Notes: generated from the letters alone by a model not told the origin. A DNA stretch of 64,000 nucleotides from Polyangiales bacterium (GCA_039794305.1 JBDIVX010000003.1:48606-112605); one strand, 5' to 3'; shown: positions 1 through 9,251, counted from the first letter of the stretch. Numbers and translations: made by a program.

Positions 1-664
1 GCTCCACGTTGCGCTTCACGATCCCGAGCGTCCGGCGGACGTCGTCCGGGACGTCGTCACGCGCCGAGAGCGCCTGCGCCGCCGCCAGCACGGGAGTGAG
101 CGGAGTGCGGAGCTCGTGTGACAGGACCGCGAGGAATCGGTCCTTGGCCTGGTTGGCGAGCTCGGCGGCGTCCTTGGCACGCCGGAGCTCCCGCTCGATC
201 ACCCGGTGGCTCGTGATGTCGCGCGCGATGGTCCACGCGCCGATCACGGTGCCGCTCGCGTCGGTCACCGGCGAGATCGTCACCGAGACCCACCGGCGCG
301 CCCCGTCCTTCCGCAGGCGCACCGTCTCGAACGGCTCGACGGCCTCGCCACGCCGCAGGCGCGCGAAGATCGGCTCGAGCTCGCTGCGCCGGTCCTCGGG
401 GACGATCATCTCGACCGATCGGCCGAGGGCTTCGCCCGGACCGTAGCCGTACAGCCGCTCGGCCCCGACGCTCCACATCCGGATCGTGCCGTCGAGGGAC
501 TTGCCGATGATGGCGTTGTCCACCGACTGCATGAGGGACTCGAGCCACGCGCGCTGCTCGTCGGGACGGAGGAGCGGCACGGCGCTGCGCTTGGTGCCGG
601 GCATCGCGGGGAGCATAGCGCGCGAGACGGAGGCTGGCTTTTCGGCGCGCTCCTGGGTCATCAT
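1..664 (-). CDS. PAS-domain sensor histidine kinase (partial; C-terminal part lies beyond the window start)
   Basis: Absent from the ORF track because it runs off the window. My minus-strand translation from ATG-ATG at 664/661 reads MMTQERAEKPAS...SVDNAIIGKSLDGTIRMWSVGAERLYGYGPGEALGRSVEMIVPEDR...RKDGARRWVSVTISPVTDASGTVIGAWTIARDIT (PAS-like), then a coiled coil and the H-box FLAVLSHELRTPLTPV. Start uncertain: in-frame ATGs also at 616 and 604. Confidence 0.85.
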   Translation of the reverse strand, partial: MMTQERAEKPASVSRAMLPAMPGTKRSAVPLLRPDEQRAWLESLMQSVDNAIIGKSLDGTIRMWSVGAERLYGYGPGEALGRSVEMIVPEDRRSELEPIFARLRRGEAVEPFETVRLRKDGARRWVSVTISPVTDASGTVIGAWTIARDITSHRVIERELRRAKDAAELANQAKDRFLAVLSHELRTPLTPVLAAAQALSARDDVPDDVRRTLGIVKRNVE

Positions 665-670
665 GACCCC

Positions 671-958
671 ATGGGCACGAGGATGGTGACGTGGTTGGCC
701 TCCGCCGTGCTGCTCGCGGCCTGTGGCGGCGGCGCGGCGAGCGAGACGCGGGAACCGACGGCGGCGGCGGCGCCCGTAGGCGGGGCGGCCGCCGCGCCGG
801 TCGCCGAGGAGACGGGCGGCGTCGCGCGGCAGGGCGAGCGGTGCGACTACGGCGGCGCCGAGCGCACCACGTGCGTGGGCGGGCTCGAGTGCTGCTATGG
901 AGAGCACGAGACGCCGGACGGCTACGGCACGTGCCAGCCGGAGTGCAACTGGGATTGA
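671..958 (+). CDS. small secreted lipoprotein with Cys-rich C-terminus
   Basis: In-frame ATG inside track ORF 206..958. Sequence starts MGTRMVTWLASAVLLAACGG (signal peptide plus lipobox LAAC). C-terminal 35 aa carry 6 Cys (C-x9-C-x5-CC-x12-C-x3-C). Alternative start at 683. Confidence 0.6.
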   Translation: MGTRMVTWLASAVLLAACGGGAASETREPTAAAAPVGGAAAAPVAEETGGVARQGERCDYGGAERTTCVGGLECCYGEHETPDGYGTCQPECNWD

Positions 959-993
959 TCACCCGCGACCGCGCGCCGCGCGGTCGAAGGCCA
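951..993. repeat. 43-bp palindromic element, copy 1 (TGATCA + 10-bp/10-bp perfect hairpin at 966-986)
   Basis: gggattgatcacccgcgaccgcgcgccgcgcggtcgaaggcca matches 4397-4439 with one mismatch. Arms cgaccgcgcg/cgcgcggtcg. Overlaps the stop codon (956-958) of the small lipoprotein gene and sits in a convergent gap. Confidence 0.85.
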
Positions 994-1022
994 ACACGGA
1001 CGAAGCGTGCCGTGCTCGCCCG

Positions 1023-3227
1023 TCAGGGTGCGACCCGCTGGAAGTCGAGGATCTCGATCACAGTGCCGGTCCGGCGGAACGTGAAGCGCACGTCCTCCGG
1101 TCCGATGGAGAGCGCCGTGACATCGAGCTGGATGGTGATGTCCGTGTCGGCCGGCAGGTCGACCACTCGGTTGTAGAGGACCCCGGCAGACTCGACCGTC
1201 CCGTGCGTAGTGCTCCGGAACGGAAGCGGAGGGTCGTTCTCCGTGTAGAAGGTGAATCCTCCGGTCGTCCGGTCGTAGAACGTGCCGATCCACTTCGCGA
1301 GGCTGCATCCCTCGCGGTGCCGCATCCCGCAGACCATGCTCGTCCCGTCGTAGCAGAGGCTCACGCGCGACGTGCTCGACAGCGCGAGGTCGGCGGTCGG
1401 CGGCAGGCACTCCCCCGCCGCCGGGGCCGCTTCGAGGTGTGAGGCCGGGATGCGCACGAAGCGTCCGGTCATCACGGGTACGGACCGGCCGGGGAAGAGC
1501 GTCTCGTTTTCGACGAAGCGAACCGGGCCTACGACGATGGTGTCGAGCGTCAGGCCGCGCGCCGCGAGCTCGGCGATGGTCGCGTCGTCGAACAGGGGCG
1601 CGGTGCGCTCCGTCCCGGACGTGTCGAGCGTCATCGAGGCCGCGGGCACGAGCCGCATCACGCCGGCCTCGCCCGCCATCGTCGAGCCGCTGGCCGTGGC
1701 GTGGACGTACATCGCGTCGAAGGCGCCCTCCCGCCCGCGCATCGACGTCCGGAGGCCGTCCGGATCGCGCAGCACCCCGGCGACGTAGGCGTCGGCGGGG
1801 TCGACCGCGGGCACCGAGACGCTGGCCTCGGAGCCGCCCGGCGGCGTCCCGGTGACGACCAGATCGTCGGGGAAGCCGAGGACCGGTCCGGTGCCGAGCC
1901 CGGTGATCGCGTAGCCGGTCCCGTCGTGGGTCGCGGTGACGGCCTGCAGGCTGCTCGCGAGCTCGAGCGTCGGCGGCCCCGCCACGCTCTGCCAGGTCTC
2001 GACCCCCTCGAACACCACCGTGCTGGCACCGACCGAGGAGAGGTGCGACTCGGTCGCCGTGGTCGGCACGATCACGTTGGCGATCGCGCCGGACGCGGCG
2101 CCGATGCAGGAGAACCCGGACGACGTGCGCTCGGCGTCGCAGAAGTCGGCGGCGAGGACGGCCGCCCTGGGCTCGGGGCCGGTGCGCGCGAGGCAGCCCG
2201 GGTAGCCCGCCGGGATGATCACCTCCGCGACCTCGCCGCCTCCCATCATCGTGAAGCCTGCGCTCACGAACGGGACGTTGCCCGTGTCGCCGACCGACTC
2301 GCACCACCAGCCAGGAAGGGGATCGGACAGGACGAAGGCGGTGTCGGGCGAGAGAGTCACGTCCCCGTGATAGGTCCCGGCGCGCGCCTCGGCCCCGAAG
2401 GGCCGACCGAAGAAGATGTTGGTGAGCGTGCTGAAGGTCCCGTCCGCGGTGACGAGCGTGTCTGCGCCGGGCGTCTCGAAGACGGGCGCGAGGTATCGGG
2501 GGCTCGAGTAGAACACCTGCGAGGCGCTGGACACCCCGTACCACGTGCCCTCGCTGGAGCTGCGGGCTTCGAAACGAGTCGCTCGCCAGACGTCGCCCAC
2601 GTGGTGATCGGACGCGTCGTCGACGTCGAACCGCACGGTGAGGGTCGTGCCACGCACCATCGCGGTGGCCCACTGCGCGCTCAGGTGCTCGAGCTCGGCG
2701 ACCACGGCCACCCCGTCCTCGAGGAACCAGGTCGCGGTCTTCGGCGCGGCCTCCAGCGTTCCGTCGGCCGCGCGCGAGAGGTGGCTCGCCACCACGTACT
2801 CGCCCTCGGCCGTCCGAAGGGCGTCCGGCACTGCCACGTACCTGTGGACCCCGATGGCCGGCGCGAGGAACTCGAGCCCGTCCGGCTGGACGTCGTAGAC
2901 CTCGCCCAGAGGCTCGTTGGCCGCGACCTCGGCGGGCCACTCGGCGCGGGGGACGATCGTGATCGCGACGTCCGTGTCCTCGGCGAGGGCGTCGGGCGGC
3001 ACGATCAGCGTGAAGACCCCGTCCGGGCTCGCCACGGTACCGCCCTCGCCGGCGACGATGCGCACCGACGACGGCGTTCCCGCGTCGCCCGCCCCGCCGT
3101 CGCCCGCCCCGCCGTCGGGCGATCCGCCGTCGCGCTCCCCTGCGTCCACCCTCGAGTCGCCGTCGTCCCCCCCGCAGCCGGCGATCAGGACCACCAGCGC
3201 CAATCCGAGGATCCGGTTCCCGATCAT
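1023..3227 (-). CDS. large lipoprotein, function unknown (734 aa)
   Basis: Track ORF 1023..4298 trimmed to the in-frame ATG at 3227, giving MIGNRILGLALVVLIAGCGGDD (lipobox IAGC) followed by a D/G-rich linker. The upstream 357 aa of the ORF are antisense to the LuxR gene and Arg-rich. No catalytic motif recognised. Confidence 0.8.
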   Translation of the reverse strand: MIGNRILGLALVVLIAGCGGDDGDSRVDAGERDGGSPDGGAGDGGAGDAGTPSSVRIVAGEGGTVASPDGVFTLIVPPDALAEDTDVAITIVPRAEWPAEVAANEPLGEVYDVQPDGLEFLAPAIGVHRYVAVPDALRTAEGEYVVASHLSRAADGTLEAAPKTATWFLEDGVAVVAELEHLSAQWATAMVRGTTLTVRFDVDDASDHHVGDVWRATRFEARSSSEGTWYGVSSASQVFYSSPRYLAPVFETPGADTLVTADGTFSTLTNIFFGRPFGAEARAGTYHGDVTLSPDTAFVLSDPLPGWWCESVGDTGNVPFVSAGFTMMGGGEVAEVIIPAGYPGCLARTGPEPRAAVLAADFCDAERTSSGFSCIGAASGAIANVIVPTTATESHLSSVGASTVVFEGVETWQSVAGPPTLELASSLQAVTATHDGTGYAITGLGTGPVLGFPDDLVVTGTPPGGSEASVSVPAVDPADAYVAGVLRDPDGLRTSMRGREGAFDAMYVHATASGSTMAGEAGVMRLVPAASMTLDTSGTERTAPLFDDATIAELAARGLTLDTIVVGPVRFVENETLFPGRSVPVMTGRFVRIPASHLEAAPAAGECLPPTADLALSSTSRVSLCYDGTSMVCGMRHREGCSLAKWIGTFYDRTTGGFTFYTENDPPLPFRSTTHGTVESAGVLYNRVVDLPADTDITIQLDVTALSIGPEDVRFTFRRTGTVIEILDFQRVAP

Positions 3228-3344
3228 CGCCTTTCCCCTTTCGATGTGGCTCCATCCTTTCCGCGGCAGGGCACGCGGTCTATCCCCCTGCCGGGGGAGG
3301 ATTGGGCTTGACGAGGGTCGCGCCCCGAGGCGTGATCGCGACGC

Positions 3345-4370
3345 ATGCCAACACGCCGTCGAGGGGGCGTACCGGAGCGGAGCGCCGCTCGGCGATCGCT
3401 CGCCGCCCTCCTCGCGCGTGGCGTGCTGTCGGGCGGCGACGTGGACGAGCTGGTCACTCTCTGGCGCGACGCTTTCGGGCTCGATGCCCTGAGCATCGGT
3501 CAGGGCTTCGGGTTCGCCGCGACCGCGCGCGTCGTCGACGTGCCCGAGGCCTGGATCGGCACCCACCGGCGGCTCGTCCACCTCGACCCCTCCGCCGAGT
3601 ATCTGCGCCGATCGCCGCGCGACGTCTTCCACGTGGCCGAGCATCACGTCCCGGGCGAGCTCATGAGCGCGTTCTCGGGCAAGTGGTCGGATGCCATGAT
3701 AGGGATCCTGCACAGCCCCTTCGGGCAGCCGATCTACTACGCGCTCTACCGCAAGGACGGGCTGTTCGACGCCGACGAGGTGGAGGCGCTGCGGTTCCTG
3801 CAGCCCTCGTTCGAGCGCGCGCTCGCCGCGTGGAGCGCCCTCGTGGCGATCGAGTCGCCGCCCGACGAGTCGACCGAGCGCGCGCTCGGTCGCCTGGTCA
3901 CCCACGCACGCGTCGAGCTTCCGCAGGGCACCTTCACCTGGGCCCCCCGCGCGGTCGAGGCGCTCTCGGCGGTGGCCGAGACGACCCTGACGACCGCCGC
4001 CGTCCGCCGGATCGAGCGCGCGCTGCTCGCGATCCTGCGGGCCGGAGGCGGCCGCTCCCACCGTTTCGCCTTCGGGCTGCGGGCCGAGACCGTGTGGCTG
4101 CCCAGGGTGTCGCGAAACGAGCAGCGCGCGCTCGTCCTGTTGCTCGACGACCCGCAGCCCGCGGTCGACGCGGACGCGCCCCTCCTGGCCATGCTCTCCG
4201 CGCGACAGCGGACGGTGGCGCTGGCGACGGCCCAGGGGGCGTCGAGCCGGGAGATCGCCGCGAGGCTCGGCGTCACGCCCGAGACGGTCCGAACCCACCT
4301 GCGTTCCGTCTACCGCGCGCTGGGGGTCCGCACCCGTCTCGAGCTGGCCAACCTGCTCGCGCCGAGATGA
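3345..4370 (+). CDS. LuxR-family transcriptional regulator (C-terminal GerE/LuxR HTH; N-terminal domain unassigned)
   Basis: 341-aa ORF. C-terminus LSARQRTVALATAQGASSREIAARLGVTPETVRTHLRSVYRALGVRTRLELANLL is a typical LuxR/GerE HTH. Divergent from the lipoprotein gene 1023..3227. Confidence 0.85.
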   Translation: MPTRRRGGVPERSAARRSLAALLARGVLSGGDVDELVTLWRDAFGLDALSIGQGFGFAATARVVDVPEAWIGTHRRLVHLDPSAEYLRRSPRDVFHVAEHHVPGELMSAFSGKWSDAMIGILHSPFGQPIYYALYRKDGLFDADEVEALRFLQPSFERALAAWSALVAIESPPDESTERALGRLVTHARVELPQGTFTWAPRAVEALSAVAETTLTTAAVRRIERALLAILRAGGGRSHRFAFGLRAETVWLPRVSRNEQRALVLLLDDPQPAVDADAPLLAMLSARQRTVALATAQGASSREIAARLGVTPETVRTHLRSVYRALGVRTRLELANLLAPR

Positions 4371-4396
4371 TCGTGCCCGCCGCCGGATTGCAGCTC

Positions 4397-4439
4397 GGGA
4401 TCGATCACCCGCGACCGCGCGCCGCGCGGTCGAAGGCCA
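4397..4439. repeat. 43-bp palindromic element, copy 2
   Basis: gggatcgatcacccgcgaccgcgcgccgcgcggtcgaaggcca; hairpin at 4412-4432. It supplies about the last 10 codons (..AFDRAARGRG) and the stop (4405-4407) of the minus-strand gene 4405..4827. Confidence 0.85.
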
Positions 4440-4827
4440 GGCCGATGAGCGCGAGGATCATCCGGACGGGCTCCTCGTCGACGTTGCTGGCGAGGTAGCC
4501 CGAGAGCGCGGGCTGCAGGTCGTGCAGCCGCACGGGCGCGTCGCCGTCGGCGCTCGCGGCGGCGTCGAGCGTCGCGAAGTCGACGGGCGGCAGGTCGCGG
4601 CCGAGGTGCTGCCGGAAGCACTCGGCCATCACCTCGGCGTGGAAGACGACGTGGATGACCCCCTCGCCGCCGAGCGTCTCGGTGTTGGCCGTGACGTAGC
4701 GGCTGACGTCGGGGTGCGCCTGGACGAAGGAGCCCACCGCGAGCTGCGTGAAGGTGGGGTCGGACGCCATCCGCTCCGACGTCCGGGTCACCACCCGGGC
4801 GACCACGTCCTCCGGGACCGGTTGCAT
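4405..4827 (-). CDS. hypothetical protein (140 aa)
   Basis: ORF with non-Arg-biased, GC3-rich coding look (MQPVPEDVVARVVTRTSERMASDPTFTQLAVGSF...). No motif recognised. Its 3' end lies inside the 43-bp repeat. Confidence 0.6.
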   Translation of the reverse strand: MQPVPEDVVARVVTRTSERMASDPTFTQLAVGSFVQAHPDVSRYVTANTETLGGEGVIHVVFHAEVMAECFRQHLGRDLPPVDFATLDAAASADGDAPVRLHDLQPALSGYLASNVDEEPVRMILALIGLAFDRAARGRG

Positions 4828-4903
4828 CGGTGGATCCTAGCACCGATGCCGCTGGCCCGACGCGCCGATTGGGCCATACTGGGCGGGTCGGGGGAGGGTC
4901 CAC

Positions 4904-7471
4904 ATGGACAGACGGTGGTGGGGGGTGGCGGCCGCGGCGCTCGGCGCCTTGTCGGCGGGCTGTGGGGACGATGCGGCCTCTTCGGGAGGACCGACCCTCG
5001 AGTACGAGCTGTTCGACAACACGGTCGAGCTCGACGAGGAGACGCTGGACGCCCTGTCGGACGTCGGCGAGGACCAGGCGACGCTCACGTTCACGGCGAG
5101 CACCCCACAGCTCGAGCGGCTCGCGCCGCCCAACGTGCTCCTCGCCGGCGCGACGGCGAAGACCCCACGGGGGCTGCTCCGGCGGGTGACCTCGGTGGAC
5201 CGCTCCGGATCGGGCGTCGTCGTCGAGACCACGCCCGCGACCGTATTCCACGCGTTCCGGCGCCTCGACGTCGACATGGAGGTGCCGATCGGAGAGGGGG
5301 CCGGCGACTTCGTGGACGCTCCTCCCGAGCGCGGCCCGGGCGCCGCCGCCGAGGCGCTCACCGTCTCGCTGCCCATCGGCGTGACCGACTTCCCGCTCGA
5401 GCTGTTCGACGGGGACGAAAACGAGGCGACGCAGGACGACCGCGTCGCGGGCACCGCGACCCTGATGGCGACCGTCGGGGTCCACTTCTGGCTGCACTTC
5501 GACTGGGAGACCAAGACGGTGGAGGAGGCCTTCGACGCGCTCGGCGACCTGCTCGAGGAGATCGGAAGCACGCTCATCGGCGACTCGCCCAGTCTGGGCG
5601 AGCTGTTGAACTTGCGGACCGGCCTCACGGTGACGGGCGACCTCGAAGCCGCGCTCGACCTGCACGGCAAGTCGTCGCTCGGCTACGAGACGCCCATGCC
5701 CCTCGGCGGATACCCGCTCGCAGAGATCCCCATCGGACCACTCGTCTTCATCCCGTCGCTCAGCTTCGAGGCCCACTTCTCCGGGGGCGTGACGGGCGAG
5801 ATGACGATGGGGTTCGGCGTCGAGGCGCACACGGGCCTCGGGTACTCGTACGACGCCGACGAGGGCTCGGACCCCTTCGTCATCCCGCCCACCTTCACGT
5901 TCCAGGAGCCCAGCCCGATCGTCACCATCGACGCCGAGGTCCGGGCCGAGCTCGAGATGAAGCTGCACTTCGACCTCTACGGTCTGATGGGGCCGTACGT
6001 GTCGCTGAAGAGCTTCGCGCACGTGGACGTGGACCGCTCGCGCATGCCCTGCTGGCGACTGACCGCGGGGCTCGAGGGCGACAGCGGCGCGTCGATCCGT
6101 ATCTTCGGGGAGGAGCTGGCGGACTTCGACGGCCCGTCGTTCCCGCTCGGCGACCCGCTCGAGCTCGCAGAGGGCGCCTGCGAGCCGCTGCCCGAGCCGG
6201 CCCCGACGGACGCCGTGATCACGCCCTGGTCCAGGAGCTACGGCGACACGATCTGGAGCGCAGGGACCGACGAAGGGTGGACCGACCTCGAGCTGGCCCA
6301 CGACGGACGGCTCCTGCTCACGGGCTCGGGGGGGCTCGAGGTCGTCAAGGTGAAGGAGGACGGCTCGGTCGTCTGGGCCCGCACGTTCGACGAGCCGAGC
6401 CGCCCGTCCACGACCCAGCTCTGGCCCCAGCACGCGACGCCGACCCTCGACGCGGCGATCCTGGTCGCGACGCGGCAGAACGTGATCGTGAAGCTGGACC
6501 AGGCCGGCCACGGGATCTGGGCCGCCCACGTCGAGACGGACAACCTCGAGCCGGGCTGGTGGACGGCGCGCCAGGTGACCGGCGACGTCTGGCTGGCGGG
6601 CACCTACCGGCCCGAGGGGACCGACGACCGGCAGGCCTGGCTCCTCGTCCTCGGACCGGACGGTCACCCGAAGTCGTCGTGGACCTGGGGTGTCGCCGAC
6701 CACCACGAGGCCGTCCGCGGCATCCTCCCGCTCGAGGACGGCGGGCTCCTCGTGGGCCAGGCAGTCGACTTCACGGGGGACACCCGGGGCTTCGTGATGC
6801 GCGTCGCGAGCGACGGGTCGGTCCGTTGGGCGAAGAGCGTCGACTCGTGCACCGACGAGGAGCCCATCCTCGTGGACGCGCAGCTCTCGATCGAAGGCAA
6901 CCTGCTAATCGCCGGCTACTTCTACGAGACGAACGGGCGCGCGCTCCTGTTCCGCATGGCACCCGACGGCTCGGACGACGCCCCCGCCTGGGCCACGGCG
7001 ACGTCCATTCCGCTCATCCTCGGCCTCGAGCCGCGTTCCATCCTGCAGCTCTCCACCGGCGAGCTCCGCGTGACGGGGCGGTGGGCGCGCGCCAGCGGGG
7101 CCGACGCGGTGTTCGTCGCCGGCACCGACTCGATCGGCCGGTTCGCCTGGCTGCGTTGGTACGGCGGCGACTCGGCGCAGGGTCCGGCGACGGCGCGCAT
7201 CACGACGCAGGGCGGCCTCCTGGTGGCCGCGACGACCGCCACCCCGGAGCCGGACCCGGGAGGGTTCTGGCTGTTCGAGGTCCCGATGGCCGACGGCGCG
7301 ATCGGGTTCGACGCGGCGAGCGGGCTCACGAGCGAGCCCCTGACCTTCACCTCCGCCGCGTCCTGCCTGGTCACGCCGGACGCCTCGACGGCGACGACCC
7401 CGCTGCCGGTCGGGATGACGTCGGCGGTCGTCGACGTGATCGACGCGGCGCCTCCGGTTCGAGCTCACTGA
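4904..7471 (+). CDS. large lipoprotein with C-terminal beta-propeller-like repeats, function unknown (855 aa)
   Basis: MDRRWWGVAAAALGALSAGCGDD (lipobox SAGC). The C-terminal half has recurring DG(S/R)..W/..G-L-L-V-type strands suggesting a propeller. Domain assignment is inference. Confidence 0.8.
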   Translation: MDRRWWGVAAAALGALSAGCGDDAASSGGPTLEYELFDNTVELDEETLDALSDVGEDQATLTFTASTPQLERLAPPNVLLAGATAKTPRGLLRRVTSVDRSGSGVVVETTPATVFHAFRRLDVDMEVPIGEGAGDFVDAPPERGPGAAAEALTVSLPIGVTDFPLELFDGDENEATQDDRVAGTATLMATVGVHFWLHFDWETKTVEEAFDALGDLLEEIGSTLIGDSPSLGELLNLRTGLTVTGDLEAALDLHGKSSLGYETPMPLGGYPLAEIPIGPLVFIPSLSFEAHFSGGVTGEMTMGFGVEAHTGLGYSYDADEGSDPFVIPPTFTFQEPSPIVTIDAEVRAELEMKLHFDLYGLMGPYVSLKSFAHVDVDRSRMPCWRLTAGLEGDSGASIRIFGEELADFDGPSFPLGDPLELAEGACEPLPEPAPTDAVITPWSRSYGDTIWSAGTDEGWTDLELAHDGRLLLTGSGGLEVVKVKEDGSVVWARTFDEPSRPSTTQLWPQHATPTLDAAILVATRQNVIVKLDQAGHGIWAAHVETDNLEPGWWTARQVTGDVWLAGTYRPEGTDDRQAWLLVLGPDGHPKSSWTWGVADHHEAVRGILPLEDGGLLVGQAVDFTGDTRGFVMRVASDGSVRWAKSVDSCTDEEPILVDAQLSIEGNLLIAGYFYETNGRALLFRMAPDGSDDAPAWATATSIPLILGLEPRSILQLSTGELRVTGRWARASGADAVFVAGTDSIGRFAWLRWYGGDSAQGPATARITTQGGLLVAATTATPEPDPGGFWLFEVPMADGAIGFDAASGLTSEPLTFTSAASCLVTPDASTATTPLPVGMTSAVVDVIDAAPPVRAH

Positions 7472-7484
7472 CGCCGACCACGGC

Positions 7485-9251
7485 TTGCACACGGATGGAC
7501 GGCGGGTCATCACTCCCCGCCGCCTGGCCTCTAGACGGCAGCATCCGACCGTCTTAAGATCCACACGGACTTTGCAGATCTACGGGAACACGAGCGGGCT
7601 CAGCCCCTCCGAGACCAAGTCGCTCCAGCGCCTGTACCGCCGAAGGGTCTCCTTCGACCGCCTGACGACACCGGAGCTCACCAAGTCGCTCGTCGAAGTC
7701 TCGCAGTCGACCGGACGCCAGGTGGGCGTGCTCGTCGACCGCGCGGGCACCATCCACTGGGTGGTCATCGGCGACGCGTCGAAGCTCGACCTGCCGGACA
7801 TCGGCCGGCTGCGCGGCGCGCAGGGTCGCTTCCGCGGCCTGCGCCTGATCCACACGCACTTCGGGAACGAGCCGCTGACCCGCGACGACCTCGTGGACCT
7901 GACGCGGCTCCGGCTCGACCTGGTCGCCGCCATCTGCATCGCGGACGGGGGCCTGCCCATGTGGGTCTACTACGGGCACAACGCCCCGGTGGAGGAGGGC
8001 CAGAAGAGCGAGCCCTTCCAGACCTACGGCCCGATCCCCTACTCGCAGGTCGACGTGGACCCCCGCGCGCTGGTGCTGGCGCTGGAGGAGGAGTTCGCCC
8101 GCATCGCGAGGACGCGCGCCGTCGTCGCGAAGGACGGCCGCGCCATCCTCGTGCACGTCTGCGCGAAGCGGCAGGCGCACCAGGCGGAGGACTCGCTGCG
8201 CGAGCTGCACGAGCTGGCGCGGACGGCGGGCGTCGACGTGGCGGACACGGTCCTCCAGGTCCGCGACCACGTGGACCCGAAGTACGTGCTCGGCAAGGGC
8301 AAGCTCGAGCAGGTCGTGATCCGCGCGATGCAGCTCGACGTCGAGGTGCTGATCTTCGACCAGAACCTCAGCCCGGCCCAGGCGGCGGCGATCTCGCGGG
8401 TGACGGACCTCAAGGTCATCGACCGGACGCAGCTCATCCTGGACATCTTCGCGCAGCGGGCGCAGAGCCGCGACGGCAAGCTCCAGGTCGAGCTCGCCCA
8501 GATGCGCTACCTCCTTCCGCGGCTCGGCACCAAGGACGACGCGCTGTCGCGTCTGACGGGCGGCATCGGGGGGCGCGGGCCCGGCGAGACGAAGCTCGAG
8601 ATCGGCAAGCGCCGGGCGCGCGAGCGGATCTCCCGGCTGAGCGATCAGCTCAAGCAGTCGGCGAAGCAGCGGCGCCAGCGGCGCTCGCGACGCAACCGGC
8701 AGGGCGTACCCGTCGTGGCCATCGTCGGCTACACCAACGCGGGCAAGAGCACCCTCCTGAACGCGCTCACCGAGAGCGACGTGTTGGCGGAGGACAAGCT
8801 CTTCGCGACGCTCGACACCCGCTCGCGGAGGATCCGGTTCCCCGAGGAGCGAGAGGTGGTGATCACCGACACCGTGGGCTTCATCCGGAGCTTGCCGAAG
8901 GACCTGTTCAACGCCTTCCGAGCCACGTTCGAGGAGGCCGAGGACGCCGACCTGCTCCTGCAGGTCGTGGACATCAGCGACCCGTCCTACGACGAGCACA
9001 TGCGGACGACCGAGTCGCTGCTCGTGGAGCTGGGGCTCGAGCGCGTGCCGCAGCTCGTGGTGTGCAACAAGGCCGATCGGCTCGAGCCGAGGCACGCGGC
9101 CGCGATCGCGCGGGGGCTCGGCGGAGTCGCCGTGAGCGCGCTCGACGAGAGGACCTTCCTCCCGCTCATGCAGCGCATGGAGTCGATGCTGTTCCGCCCC
9201 GGGCAGGATCCGTTCGGCAAGCTCGTCGCCGCGAACGCCGCGGCGGAGTAG
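7485..9251 (+). CDS. hflX: GTPase HflX (long form with about 200-aa N-terminal extension)
   Basis: Canonical HflX core: LSPAQAAAISRVTDLKVIDRTQLILDIFAQRAQSRDGKLQVELAQMRYLLPRL, GGIGGRGPGETKLE, P-loop GYTNAGKSTL, DTVGF, NKAD. Start uncertain: an in-frame TTG at 7572 (MQIYGNTSGL..) is an alternative. Confidence 0.9.
   Translation: MHTDGRRVITPRRLASRRQHPTVLRSTRTLQIYGNTSGLSPSETKSLQRLYRRRVSFDRLTTPELTKSLVEVSQSTGRQVGVLVDRAGTIHWVVIGDASKLDLPDIGRLRGAQGRFRGLRLIHTHFGNEPLTRDDLVDLTRLRLDLVAAICIADGGLPMWVYYGHNAPVEEGQKSEPFQTYGPIPYSQVDVDPRALVLALEEEFARIARTRAVVAKDGRAILVHVCAKRQAHQAEDSLRELHELARTAGVDVADTVLQVRDHVDPKYVLGKGKLEQVVIRAMQLDVEVLIFDQNLSPAQAAAISRVTDLKVIDRTQLILDIFAQRAQSRDGKLQVELAQMRYLLPRLGTKDDALSRLTGGIGGRGPGETKLEIGKRRARERISRLSDQLKQSAKQRRQRRSRRNRQGVPVVAIVGYTNAGKSTLLNALTESDVLAEDKLFATLDTRSRRIRFPEEREVVITDTVGFIRSLPKDLFNAFRATFEEAEDADLLLQVVDISDPSYDEHMRTTESLLVELGLERVPQLVVCNKADRLEPRHAAAIARGLGGVAVSALDERTFLPLMQRMESMLFRPGQDPFGKLVAANAAAE

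Noticed and set aside
3228-4298. N-terminal 357-aa extension of the lipoprotein ORF (track 1023..4298).
   Set aside because: The extension is antisense to the LuxR regulator gene and Arg-rich. An internal ATG at 3227 gives a textbook signal peptide plus lipobox. The same logic was used to trim ORFs 26532..28835, 32765..35131, 37937..39826, 43441..44982, 44154..46079 and 45658..47049.
4310-7557. Very long ORFs 4310..6706 (-, 798 aa) and 4522..7557 (+, 1011 aa). Many similar ones exist (922..3255, 12448..14796, 18740..22582, 46946..50413, 54026..56194, etc.).
   Set aside because: They are extremely Arg/Pro/Gly/Ala-rich with no motifs, and lie antisense or out of frame to ORFs with clear domain content. 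This is the expected stop-codon-poor shadow frame of ~70% GC coding DNA.
7557-7854. DnaA-box-like 9-mers (AGATCCACA at 7557-7565, TGATCCACA at 7846-7854) as hints of oriC.
   Set aside because: There are only two near-matches, 290 bp apart, one of them inside the hflX coding sequence. There is no cluster, no AT-rich unwinding element and no dnaA gene in the window.
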